Of a DNA stretch of 64,000 nucleotides, positions 19,082 to 28,347 are shown one piece after another. The notes beneath the pieces are model-generated. The model was given only the letters and a program-made list of their open reading frames with translations. It made no database searches and was not told the DNA's origin. Source of the stretch: Planctomycetota bacterium (GTDB lineage Bacteria > Planctomycetota > UBA8108 > SXIK01); the NCBI GenBank assembly GCA_965223265.1, contig OZ244999.1, forward strand, positions 768,001 to 832,000. Reading direction: 5' to 3'. The stretch's first letter is position 1; every line of letters begins with the position of its first letter. The position numbers were made by a program, and so were the translations under genes.

Positions 19082-20116
19082 TCAGCGCGTCACGTTGACG
19101 TTGAATTCGTCGCCGAGTCGGACGAGCATCTTCCAAACTTCGTTTGGGACGTCCAGCCCGCTTTGAGTACGTTCCTGCGTCCGTCGGCGCTCGATATCTC
19201 CTGGTAGGAGGACCTGGTCGACGCCCGGGCGCCGACTCGCCGATTTCAGGTACGCAGCATAGTCGTCGATCTTGTCGTAGTATTCGCCACGCTCCGTGAA
19301 GAGAGTCGGGTCGATCACCTGCAGAAGAAGTCCGTTGCCGTACGTCTTCGTCAGCAGTGCAGATCCTGCGCCCGAGAGGAGCCCTCCGAAGAGGTCCATA
19401 GCGACCGAGAGAGCGTAACCCTTGTGTCCTTGATCACCGCCGAGTGGTGCCAAGGAACCGTCGGTGTAGAGCGTCGCGGGGTCGTTTGTCCAGCGTCCTT
19501 CGGCGTCGTAAACCCAGCCTTCCGGCACCGGTTCGCCTTTCTTGTTTGCTAGCCGAACCTTGCCTTCGGCGACGGCGCTGGTGGCGAAATCGACGACGAT
19601 GGGTTGGTCTCGCGTCGGCACAGCGAACGCGATGGGATTGGTCGGCAGACGGCGCTCTGTCCCGCCCCAGGGGGCGACCCGCGCCGAGCCGTGGACGTTA
19701 CAGAATGCGACTCCGAGAAAACCGTCAAGGGCGGCCTTTTCTGGGTAGACGCCAACACGACCCAAGTGGTAACAGCGTCGCACGCTGACCATACCGATCC
19801 CGTGCTCTTTTGCCTTGGCGAGCGCAACTTCCGTCGCGAAGTCCCCAACAACGGGCCCCCACGTGAAGTGGCCGTCGACGAGCGCCGTCGTCGGCCCTTC
19901 CTTGAGGACCTCGGGCGCGGCGGCGGGCTGCACCAGTCCGTCCAATGCGTGCTCGAAGTACTGCTCAATCCGGAGGATCCCATGAGAGTCGTGACCGCTC
20001 AGATTGGCGTCAACGAGGTGTTGTGCGACGCGATCGGCCGCAGTCTCGGGCGTCCCGATGGCGCGCAGGAGGCTACTGGCGATTGCGGTGAGCTGGGCGG
20101 CAGGTACTAGCGGCAT
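19082..20116 (-). CDS. Ldh_2-family (malate/L-lactate/ureidoglycolate) dehydrogenase
   Basis: ANLSGHDSHG, HLGRVG, TNPIAFAVP, DFATSAVAEGK and GHKGYAL. Confidence 0.93.
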   Translation of the reverse strand: MPLVPAAQLTAIASSLLRAIGTPETAADRVAQHLVDANLSGHDSHGILRIEQYFEHALDGLVQPAAAPEVLKEGPTTALVDGHFTWGPVVGDFATEVALAKAKEHGIGMVSVRRCYHLGRVGVYPEKAALDGFLGVAFCNVHGSARVAPWGGTERRLPTNPIAFAVPTRDQPIVVDFATSAVAEGKVRLANKKGEPVPEGWVYDAEGRWTNDPATLYTDGSLAPLGGDQGHKGYALSVAMDLFGGLLSGAGSALLTKTYGNGLLLQVIDPTLFTERGEYYDKIDDYAAYLKSASRRPGVDQVLLPGDIERRRTQERTQSGLDVPNEVWKMLVRLGDEFNVNVTR

Positions 20117-20191
20117 GGGTCGGCGAAGTTGGTCGTGCTTCAGGCGGGAGGGCTGTAGGGCGACTGTGGCGGCCGGAAACCGGGCGGCATG

Positions 20192-21403
20192 TTACAACGC
20201 AGAACCGTCCGTGTCGACTCCGCGACGCGTGGCTCGTTCAGTTTCACCGCTTGTCCCGGAGGTGCAAGGGCGGAGTTTCTTGAGCGGATAGAACGTGTCG
20301 CGCCAATCGATCCCTCCTGCTTGGGAGATGGTGAGCGCCGAGTTCCACAGCGCGGCGAGTCCAACAACGACCGTAATTGGGTGGGCCATAAACGACCACG
20401 ATGCCGTCCCAGTAACCGGCGCGAGAGCCGCATACATGAGTGCAAGAGAGAGCCAGGCGACAACGGCGGCGATCCATAGCGATGAGTGGAACACGCCGAA
20501 GACCGGCAGCAAGCAATTGAGCGCGACGAGGACGATGGTGGCAACGATCAAGAGCGGCCAGCTGAATCCAACGGCGGCAAATGCGTTCTTACGTGTGACC
20601 CGAAACATTTCAGGGAGAGTCGGTGACCAAGGCACCTGACACCACCTGCCAGCATAGGCCATTTCGTATCGTCCCCCGAAGCGGCGCACGGCGCGTCCGA
20701 GTTCTACGTCATCGATCACGGCGAGTTTGAGCCGGCTGTGGCCGCCCATCGCCTCGTAGAGGTTGCGGCGCAGTAACATGTAGGCACCCGCTCCCACAGC
20801 TTCCCAACTCTGCCGGCGACGCGAGCTCGTCCACAGACCAAGCAGGAGAACAAGCAATGTGAACGCCTGAGTCATGAGGCAACGAACCCAAGCGCTTTCG
20901 GTCTCGTTGTGTGGAATGACGGTCAGGTAGTCGAGGTCCCTAGTGATCGCGCGGCTGATCGTCGTGCGTAGAAGCTGTGGGTGATGGAGCACGTCGGCGT
21001 CGGTAAAGAGCAGCCAGTCCCCACGTGCGTGGTTGGCCGCGAGGTTTTGAGCATGGGGCTTGCCTAGCCAATCAGGCGGCAACGTCGAAACGGTGAGCGG
21101 TGTGATTCGCTCATCGGTGGCGCTCAGCGAAGCGATGATCTCGCCAGTCCTATCGCGACTGCGATCGTCGACCGCGATCACTTCAAAGTCTGGATAATCG
21201 ATCGATAGCAGCGACTCGAGCGTGTTCGCGACGTGACGTTCCTCGTCGCGGCAGGCGACGATCACGGAGACGCTGGGCCACGCGTCGGGAGCCTTCGTCG
21301 CGCTGGGACTCTCTTGCACAAGCGAGAAAACACGGCGTCCGCGCCAAACGCAAGCAGCGGTGAACGCCCACAGGGCGGCGAGAAGAGCGGCGAGTGTCGT
21401 CAT
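20192..21403 (-). CDS. Glycosyltransferase family 2 (HpnB/CrtQ-like, membrane-bound)
   Basis: VSVIVACRDEE, VDDRSRDRT, WLGKPHA, LFTDADV and DDVELG. Confidence 0.9.
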   Translation of the reverse strand: MTTLAALLAALWAFTAACVWRGRRVFSLVQESPSATKAPDAWPSVSVIVACRDEERHVANTLESLLSIDYPDFEVIAVDDRSRDRTGEIIASLSATDERITPLTVSTLPPDWLGKPHAQNLAANHARGDWLLFTDADVLHHPQLLRTTISRAITRDLDYLTVIPHNETESAWVRCLMTQAFTLLVLLLGLWTSSRRRQSWEAVGAGAYMLLRRNLYEAMGGHSRLKLAVIDDVELGRAVRRFGGRYEMAYAGRWCQVPWSPTLPEMFRVTRKNAFAAVGFSWPLLIVATIVLVALNCLLPVFGVFHSSLWIAAVVAWLSLALMYAALAPVTGTASWSFMAHPITVVVGLAALWNSALTISQAGGIDWRDTFYPLKKLRPCTSGTSGETERATRRGVDTDGSAL

Positions 21404-21430
21404 GTTCGAGGCGTGGACACCAAAACTTGG

Positions 21431-23677
21431 CTACTCTCCGCTCGAGTCTTCGAGGACGCTCAAGAGGTAGCTGACTCGGCTCTCGACGAAGCTACGGATC
21501 GAGGCGTAGCCGCCTGTGATGTCGGTACGTTCCTGGTCGAACGTGGTGCCGGCGAACGACTCGTGCAGCGAAAGGTCGCTGAGGAGCGACTGCTCGATCG
21601 GCTCGATCAGTGCGTTGACCGCTTCGACGGTAAACCGGCCACCGGGCTGCATCTCGGCGCGTAGGAAGGCTCGGTATGCGTCGTCGAGATCTGCGAAAGA
21701 GTGCACAGCCGCCAGCATGAGACCTGCAGGCCTCTCCGTTTGAAAGACGGCACCCGGAATCGGGTTGCCGTTCTTTGGCCACGAGACCGGCATGTCGATG
21801 CAGCACGGCAGAAAGACTTGGTCGAGATCCCACGGGATGAGCTTCCATCGACTTTCGGGAGTCAAGCCGTCATACAAGAAGTGGTTGTTATGGTAGCCGT
21901 CCCAGTTCGCCATCATCATGCTGATGGCGCTGTACTGCAGAACATTCTCTATGTCGAGGTTGTTGTCGATGGCGGTGCGTCGTGCGGTCAAGTCTGAGGA
22001 GCGCAGTTGCCCGACGAGATCCACCTGCCGCTGCGATCCAGAACCGATGTTGTTCTGCTTTAGCATCACCTTGTCGAGCTTGTAGATGTCGCCGTCTGGA
22101 TCCAGTCCGTTCATGGCGAAGAACCGCTCGTTGACTTGCTGGACGACGAGCGCACGGCCGTGTTGGGTCTCTGTGTTGTGGAAGTCGATCAAGCGAACCC
22201 ATTCGGCTCGAGGCGAAAGGGCGCCGAATGAGCGAAACAAGACGAAACCTAAACCTTCGACGTGAGCGCTGATCGGTGATCCGAATCGGCTCAGTCTGGG
22301 GATGATATTGAGCGTGCGGTCCTCGCGGTATTCGTTGCCTTTGGCGAACTTGAGTTTTTGTCCGTTGCCGGAATCCCGACTCAGAGCATCGCCGAAAACG
22401 AGTGGTTCCTGCGACCCTGTCTCGAGCACAACGGCTCCACTCGGCACCAGGCGCGGGCGAAGGTTTGTGGGCTTGCGCGCGAACATCCACAGGATCGGAA
22501 GCGCGTGGGGGATCTCAAAGTCGTAGACAAAGATGCTCTTGAAGGGAAACGGTTCGGCCTCGTGCGGCAGCTGCAGCACAGTGTCGTCGTCGAGCGTGAC
22601 TTCGAGGTCGTAGCGTACCAGCGATTGCGACGCCTGTGGTGGAAGCTGTGCGGTTGCCTGCGTGCTCGCGTCTCCAAGCGCTTCCATGGCCATCACTACG
22701 GTCTGAAGTTCAGAGACCTGCGTGGTGACGACTTCCCAGCGAAGCAACACTTCTTTGATGCGCGCGGGGACAACGTCGAGATCAATCGACACGGTGATCG
22801 TATCCTGCGACGAAGGTTGCCGCGGGCTTGTCAGGGCCGCGTTGATGACCGGATGTGTCGGGATTCCGAAAGAGGAATTCTCGCTCCCCGGAGTATCGTT
22901 GCGGAATGTCTCGGCTGTCCGCCAGCTGTGAAAATCGTCCGCGAGCGTTTCGTAGTTGATCCGTTCAAGGCTGCGGCGGGTGCCATCCGCCCCGGTCGGC
23001 CATGGCGCGCGGTCGTCGTAGCGCACGCTCTCCACTTCGCAGTCGCCGTCGGAAAGCGTCAGACGCTCGCCTGAATCCGAAAGTTGGCCTTCATAGGGTC
23101 CGATGACCTTCACGTCGGTGAGACGTTCGAATTCCGCCGGATCCTTCGCGACGAGCAGATAACCACCGGCGGCGATCGTAGTTCCTTCGGGCACGACATA
23201 CGCGATGCCGTTGGTGAACGCGTAACCGCTGACGTCGATCTCCTGATCGGTGCGGTTGTGGAGCTCGACGAACTCTCGCTCGTTTCTTGTATTCGGGTTG
23301 TACTGGATCTCGCTCAGGACGATCGCTGGCGTTGGCACGATGCCATCAGCGCACTCGAGGGCGTCGCACGTCAGGTCGGGACCAGGGCGGATCGCCCCGG
23401 GTGACGGTAGATCGCCGTCGCGAAAGAGAGCTGCGAGCGTCGTGACGATGTCGGCCGTGTCGAGGTTGCCATCGTCGTTAGCGTCCGCCGCGTCGCGGCA
23501 CGGTAGCTCGGGGCCACCCGAAAAGAGGCTAAGAATGATCGAGACGGCATCCGCCACCGTGACGCGATCGTCGCGGTTGGCGTCGCCGCGCAAGAAGTCG
23601 GCGTAGAGAAACGGACCGCTAGCTATGACGACGGTACAGACGAGACAGATCGTCGTGGAGAGGCGCAATCGGCGCAT
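21431..23677 (-). CDS. Secreted protein: dockerin-like domain, lamin-tail domain and CotH-kinase domain
   Basis: Signal peptide; FLRGDANRD...DAADANDDG; LSEIQYNP...EFVELHN (lamin-tail); NWDGYHNNHFLY and IPWDLD (CotH). Confidence 0.85.
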   Translation of the reverse strand: MRRLRLSTTICLVCTVVIASGPFLYADFLRGDANRDDRVTVADAVSIILSLFSGGPELPCRDAADANDDGNLDTADIVTTLAALFRDGDLPSPGAIRPGPDLTCDALECADGIVPTPAIVLSEIQYNPNTRNEREFVELHNRTDQEIDVSGYAFTNGIAYVVPEGTTIAAGGYLLVAKDPAEFERLTDVKVIGPYEGQLSDSGERLTLSDGDCEVESVRYDDRAPWPTGADGTRRSLERINYETLADDFHSWRTAETFRNDTPGSENSSFGIPTHPVINAALTSPRQPSSQDTITVSIDLDVVPARIKEVLLRWEVVTTQVSELQTVVMAMEALGDASTQATAQLPPQASQSLVRYDLEVTLDDDTVLQLPHEAEPFPFKSIFVYDFEIPHALPILWMFARKPTNLRPRLVPSGAVVLETGSQEPLVFGDALSRDSGNGQKLKFAKGNEYREDRTLNIIPRLSRFGSPISAHVEGLGFVLFRSFGALSPRAEWVRLIDFHNTETQHGRALVVQQVNERFFAMNGLDPDGDIYKLDKVMLKQNNIGSGSQRQVDLVGQLRSSDLTARRTAIDNNLDIENVLQYSAISMMMANWDGYHNNHFLYDGLTPESRWKLIPWDLDQVFLPCCIDMPVSWPKNGNPIPGAVFQTERPAGLMLAAVHSFADLDDAYRAFLRAEMQPGGRFTVEAVNALIEPIEQSLLSDLSLHESFAGTTFDQERTDITGGYASIRSFVESRVSYLLSVLEDSSGE

Positions 23678-24084
23678 GAGTGAACTCAGTCAGAGGTGTT
23701 TTCTACAAGACCCTCGCCTGCCCGCTCGTGCAGCAAGGTTCAATTCTACGCCAGGCCGGAGGGACGGTGGCCTTATTTTTACCAGGTCGCTGTCTCTCAA
23801 TGTTGTTTTCCCTCGTCGCTGTTTTCTTCTGTAACTTCTTGAGTGAGTTTTGGTTGCGTCCCCTTCTGCTGCCGGCCAGGCTGTCGGCGTGATCGATGGG
23901 GGTTTAGCTGCTTGGGCTGTCCGAGTACCTTTTGCGGTCGGGGGAGCGCTTCAGCGCGCATCGTCTCAGGCGTCGTCCGCACTCAGCGCGTGGCTCCTTC
24001 TGACCCAACGCCGACTGCAGATGACGGCAAGAAACGCCGCTACTGACGCCCTTCGCCGTTTTGGTAGGCGCTGGGCTGACTTAG

Positions 24085-24244
24085 CAGCCTGCCTGAAAAA
24101 GTGCTTCGAGCCGAAAACTGGTCTCTTCGCGTCCAGATCGGCTGCGGCAAACGCAGGTAATCTCCGAGATTTTTGAGTATTGACGCGGTCGAGCTGGGCG
24201 TGAAGAGGCCAGTTTCTCGGCCGAATGACTTTTTCAACGGGCTG
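24085..24244 (+). mobile_element. MITE-like fold-back repeat, copy 5 (160 bp)
   Basis: CAGCCTGCCTGAAAAAGT...ACTTTTTCAACGGGCTG with TTAG on both sides (24081-24084 and 24245-24248). Confidence 0.9.
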
Positions 24245-24262
24245 TTAGACAACGGGAGAGCC

Positions 24263-25180
24263 ATGAGCACGATTCCACAGCGACTGCTTGGACGTACGGG
24301 TGAGTCAGTGCCGATTTTGGCATTGGGGGGAGGGCATGTTGGCGTTCTGTCCATCGAAACCTCGGAGGTGATTCGGATTATCCAGTACGCCATCGACCAG
24401 GGAGTCACCTTCCTCGACAATGCCTGGGAGTACAACAGCGGCCGTTCAGAGGTCCTGATGGGCGAAGCGATCGAAGGGCGCCGCGATCAGGTGTTTCTGA
24501 TGACGAAAGTTTGTGCCCGCGATCGCGCCGGCGCCGAGAAACAGCTCGAAGAAAGTCTTCGTCGTTTCAAAACCGACTATTTGGACCTCTGGCAGTTCCA
24601 TGAAATCAATTACGCGAACGATCACGAGTTGATCTTCGCTCCGGGCGGCGCGGCCGAGGCTGCAGAGGCGGCACTCAAAGCCGGCAAGGTGAAGTACGTC
24701 GGTTTCACTGGGCACAAGGATCCAGAATACATGCTGCCGATGCTGGACTATGAGTTTCCGTGGTCCGCCGCTCAGTTTCCCGTCAACGTCTTTGATGCCA
24801 GTTATCGGAGTTTCACGCAGCGACTGTTACCGGAGCTTGAGAAGCGCGGCATCGCTGCACTTGGGATGAAGAGTCTCGGCGGTCGCGGGCAGTTCATCAC
24901 CGAAGCGGGCCTGACACCCGGGGAGTGTCTGCGGTTTTCCCTCTCACAGCCGATCGCGAGCCTTGTCTCCGGTCTCGACTCCATCGCGGTAGTTGATCAA
25001 AACGTCGAGATTGTTCGGGCGTTTGAGCCGATGACTCAACAGGAGCAGGAGAAGCTCGTAGAACGAACCCGCTCGCTCGCCGCGGACGGTCGGCTCGAGT
25101 GGTTCAAAACGACACCCTACTTCGACAGCAAATACCACCGTGACCAACATGGCTTCCCGACCGTCCTCGTGTGCAATTGA
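24263..25180 (+). CDS. Aldo/keto reductase
   Basis: RLLGRTG, FLDNAWEY, SE..MG, VFLMTK, DYLDLWQFH and GFTGH; GGGAG upstream of ATG 24263. Confidence 0.93.
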   Translation: MSTIPQRLLGRTGESVPILALGGGHVGVLSIETSEVIRIIQYAIDQGVTFLDNAWEYNSGRSEVLMGEAIEGRRDQVFLMTKVCARDRAGAEKQLEESLRRFKTDYLDLWQFHEINYANDHELIFAPGGAAEAAEAALKAGKVKYVGFTGHKDPEYMLPMLDYEFPWSAAQFPVNVFDASYRSFTQRLLPELEKRGIAALGMKSLGGRGQFITEAGLTPGECLRFSLSQPIASLVSGLDSIAVVDQNVEIVRAFEPMTQQEQEKLVERTRSLAADGRLEWFKTTPYFDSKYHRDQHGFPTVLVCN

Positions 25181-25217
25181 AATGTTCGTGCTGTTCCGAT
25201 CGGCGATTCGACTCTAT

Positions 25218-25317
25218 CAGTCCGTTGAAAAAGTCATTCGGCTGGGAAGCCGGCGTCTTCCACGCCGACATACGCCGCGGCGAGTCGTGCCAGAAGCATC
25301 TTGTAGAAGAGGGCTCG
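25218..25317 (-). mobile_element. MITE-like repeat, copy 6 (one arm plus loop, degenerate)
   Basis: CTAT-CAGTCCGTTGAAAAAGTCATTCGG...AGAAGAGGGCTCG matches the start and loop of copy 1. Confidence 0.7.
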
Positions 25318-25337
25318 GTGGCCTCGTTAGCTCCCCG

Positions 25338-26702
25338 ATGTCGTCACGAATCTCGCGCTTCAGTTGTCTTTCCTTGATCGCCCTCACGTGTGGCAATTGC
25401 TGTTACGTGCGACCCTACCGGACACCCACGGATGTCGAACGCTGGCAGGACCCGACGCCGCCGCAGCTTTCGATCGACGAGAAAGCGCATGTCTTTCAGA
25501 AACGCATCGAGGCTCGGCACCAGCTGCCTGACGGTGTGATTCGCTACAAGCTCGAGAACCTCGTCGTCGACCCGATCGGCCACCACGGCAACGTCGCGGA
25601 CGGAGCTTTCTATTTGGGGCTCTACTGCAGCACCCAGGCTCTACGGTATTCGGTGACCTGGGAAGATGACGCCAAGGCGCAGCTGCTCAAGACTCTCGGC
25701 GCCATGGAGCTGGTTGCGTCCGCTTCGGGGGAGCCAGGACTGCTTGCGCGTCATGTAGCGAAGGTCAAGCCGAAGGACGAGCGCTGGCGGGTTTCGACCA
25801 CTCAGCCGGGATACTTTTGGCGGTCGGACGTGAGTAAGGATCAGTATGCGGGATTCGCGCACGGACTGGCCGTCGCACTGGCTACGGTCCCCGATCCCGG
25901 CGTGCGAAGTCGGATCGCCGCTCTCGCCGCGCCGATCGCCGACCACTTCCTGCGTAACGACCTACACATCGTCGATTGGGATGGAGAAACCACGACTTTC
26001 GGGAACGTTCAGGGGCGATTGTTCGGTTTCCCCGCCGGCGTCAATGCGCTCATTTCTCTTCTTGTCGCTAAGACTGCCGCCGTCAGCACTGGGGAGGAGA
26101 GATTCGTGTTGTTCTATGACCGCCTTGTCGACCAGGGCTACCTGCGCTTGGCGCGCGCCGCGAATCTGCGGGCTCCGGGCGGCAAGCGCGTCAACGAGAA
26201 CATGGCTTTCCTGACGCTGTATGCCCTTTGGCTCCTCGAAGAAGATCAAGAGAGGGCGAAGCAGCTGCGTGTGGTGAGTCGCCGTCTGTGGCCGGCTGTG
26301 CGTGATGATCGCAACGCCTTTTTCTCATTTGTTCAGGCGGCCATCGTGGGCTCCGGGGAAGGAGCTGCGACGACTTTGGCGGTCGAGATCGCCGAGGCGC
26401 GCCAGCGAGGGCTGGCTGCACTCCGGGAGTTTCCCGACTCGAAGATTGCCTGGCCGGTCGACCTGACTCGGCAAGACTTTGGCGTACGTCGTGCCTTCTT
26501 CAACAACGTTGATTGTTGGCCGCGGGCGAGAACCGCCGTCCCCATCTATTTGCGCTATCGAAGTTCGTCGCAGTGGGTCGGGGACCCTTACCAGATGGTT
26601 GGACGTCTAAAGAATCACGGCGACGTCGAGTACGCAGGCATCGACTATCTCATCGCGTACTGGGTCGCTCGTGAGCATGGATTCATCGCGGCGCCAGAAT
26701 AA
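25338..26702 (+). CDS. Hypothetical exported protein (possible alpha/alpha-toroid enzyme)
   Basis: Long ORF with signal/lipobox-like N-terminus; GLLAR, WRSDVSKDQYAG and GIDYLIAYW segments. The upstream ORF extension overlaps MITE copy 6. Confidence 0.7.
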   Translation: MSSRISRFSCLSLIALTCGNCCYVRPYRTPTDVERWQDPTPPQLSIDEKAHVFQKRIEARHQLPDGVIRYKLENLVVDPIGHHGNVADGAFYLGLYCSTQALRYSVTWEDDAKAQLLKTLGAMELVASASGEPGLLARHVAKVKPKDERWRVSTTQPGYFWRSDVSKDQYAGFAHGLAVALATVPDPGVRSRIAALAAPIADHFLRNDLHIVDWDGETTTFGNVQGRLFGFPAGVNALISLLVAKTAAVSTGEERFVLFYDRLVDQGYLRLARAANLRAPGGKRVNENMAFLTLYALWLLEEDQERAKQLRVVSRRLWPAVRDDRNAFFSFVQAAIVGSGEGAATTLAVEIAEARQRGLAALREFPDSKIAWPVDLTRQDFGVRRAFFNNVDCWPRARTAVPIYLRYRSSSQWVGDPYQMVGRLKNHGDVEYAGIDYLIAYWVAREHGFIAAPE

Positions 26703-26806
26703 GCTGTCTCGGTCAGTGACCGAGCGGGAATCGGAGGCGGATCAAGGGTAGAGTCAGTGTCGTCTCACGCTCACATCGTGCGGCTCGCCTCAGCGGGCTG
26801 CTAGCG

Positions 26807-26965
26807 CAGCCCATTGAAAAAGTCATTCGGCCGAAGAAACTGGCCTCTTCACGCCCAGCTCGACCGCGTCAATACTCGAAAATCCCGACGATCCTGCGTT
26901 TGCCGCGGCCGATCTGGACGCGAAGAGACCAGTTTTCGACTCGAAGCACTTTTTCAGGCAGGCTG
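26807..26965 (-). mobile_element. MITE-like fold-back repeat, copy 7
   Basis: Close reverse complement of copies 3 and 5; followed by CTAA and preceded by an extra end remnant GCGGGCTG-CTAG. Confidence 0.88.
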
Positions 26966-27063
26966 CTAAGCGCTTCAAGTCGCGCTGAAGTTTCGATTGA
27001 GAACGCCGCTACCTGGGGTCATGATGGCGACAGAGCTGTCAGTTCGCCAGAACCGGGATTCTC

Positions 27064-28263
27064 ATGAGCTTCCACGACGACGCTATGAAGCGCACGAATC
27101 GCGCGCCGAGCGCATGCAGCCCTTTTGCTCGCCGAGAACCCGTTGTCGGCCCCGGGGCTGAAAGCGGACGGGAGCGGACGGCGAGGTGTTCGTGTCTGTT
27201 TTTTGCGCTCCTATGGCTCTTCTGCGGCAGTCTCCTGCAGGCTCAAGACGAGCTCTCGCCGCCCGCGGAATCGCCGCCGTTGGTCACACCTGAGGTCGAA
27301 AAGGCGGTGAGTGCCGGCATCGCTTATCTGCTGAGCGTTCGTGCGGACGATGGTCAGTGGTGGGCCGAAACGCCTTCCGGCGGTAATGCTCGGCGTGGCG
27401 ACTATCCGTGCGCCAACACTGCACTTGTTGGACTTTCCTTGCTCGCAGCGGGGAGCATGCCGACGCGCGGGCCACACGCCAATCTCGTCAAAGAGATCAC
27501 CGATCAACTTCTCCTCAACTCGACGGAAACTGGCCTTCTGACATCGTCGCGTGGCGATGAGCCGCGGACGATGTATGCCCACGCGTTCGCGATGACTTTT
27601 CTCGCCACTGTTTTTGGGCAGGAAGGAGGCGGGCCACGTCGCGAGGCTATCCGCAACGCACTGAGCGCCGCGGTCACTCTTTGCGAGCAGAGCCAGACGT
27701 ATGACGGTGGCTGGGCCTACACGCCCAACTTTCACGAAGACGAAGGGACTCTCGTCGTGACTCAACTCCTGGGACTCCGCGCCTGTAATGACGCTGGGGT
27801 TCCCGTGGCCAAACAAGTGATCGACGATGCGGTCGGTTACATCCGCAAGTCCGCGACGCCGTCCGGCCAGGTCATGTACCGGATTGGAAGCCGCCAGTTT
27901 CGACCGGGTGTCACCTGTGCCGCTGTCGTCGCCTTGTGGAACGCCGGCGAGTACGACTCGCCACTGATGAAACGAATCTACCAATTCGTTCGCCGGCGAA
28001 TCGAGCCGAATTCAGGCGCGCTCTGGGAGCAGTATCATCACGGCGAGTATGTCGAGTTTTTTCTCGCGCTCGCGTTGTGGCTGAAGGGAGATCGCGGCGC
28101 CGCGCACTACAAGAGGATTGCAGCGAGTTTGCTGAGAAGCCAACGTCCGGACGGCAGCTGGCGTGGGTCGGACAATCATGACTATGGGGTCGTTTACTCC
28201 ACTTGCATGGCGCTGCTGATCTTGCAGATGCCGTACGAGCGGCTGCCCATCTATGCTCGTTGA
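27064..28263 (+). CDS. Prenyltransferase/squalene-oxidase repeat-containing protein
   Basis: Repeats such as Q..DGGW.Y and SQRPDGSW; MYAHAFA; LRACNDAG; YSTCMALLILQMP. Confidence 0.85.
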   Translation: MSFHDDAMKRTNRAPSACSPFARREPVVGPGAESGRERTARCSCLFFALLWLFCGSLLQAQDELSPPAESPPLVTPEVEKAVSAGIAYLLSVRADDGQWWAETPSGGNARRGDYPCANTALVGLSLLAAGSMPTRGPHANLVKEITDQLLLNSTETGLLTSSRGDEPRTMYAHAFAMTFLATVFGQEGGGPRREAIRNALSAAVTLCEQSQTYDGGWAYTPNFHEDEGTLVVTQLLGLRACNDAGVPVAKQVIDDAVGYIRKSATPSGQVMYRIGSRQFRPGVTCAAVVALWNAGEYDSPLMKRIYQFVRRRIEPNSGALWEQYHHGEYVEFFLALALWLKGDRGAAHYKRIAASLLRSQRPDGSWRGSDNHDYGVVYSTCMALLILQMPYERLPIYAR

Positions 28264-28347
28264 GCAGGGAAGAACTGTGCGAAGAAAAGTTGCGCGAAGG
28301 ATCGGTGTGTCTGCCCTCGTCCTGCGTGACGAGACGAGGAGCGATCC

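Noticed and set aside
5964-26965. Dispersed repeats considered as a CRISPR array or attC cassette sites
   Set aside because: They are kilobases apart, in both orientations, with no regular spacers, no cas or integrase gene and no GTTRRRY core ends; terminal inverted repeats and 4-bp duplications fit a MITE.
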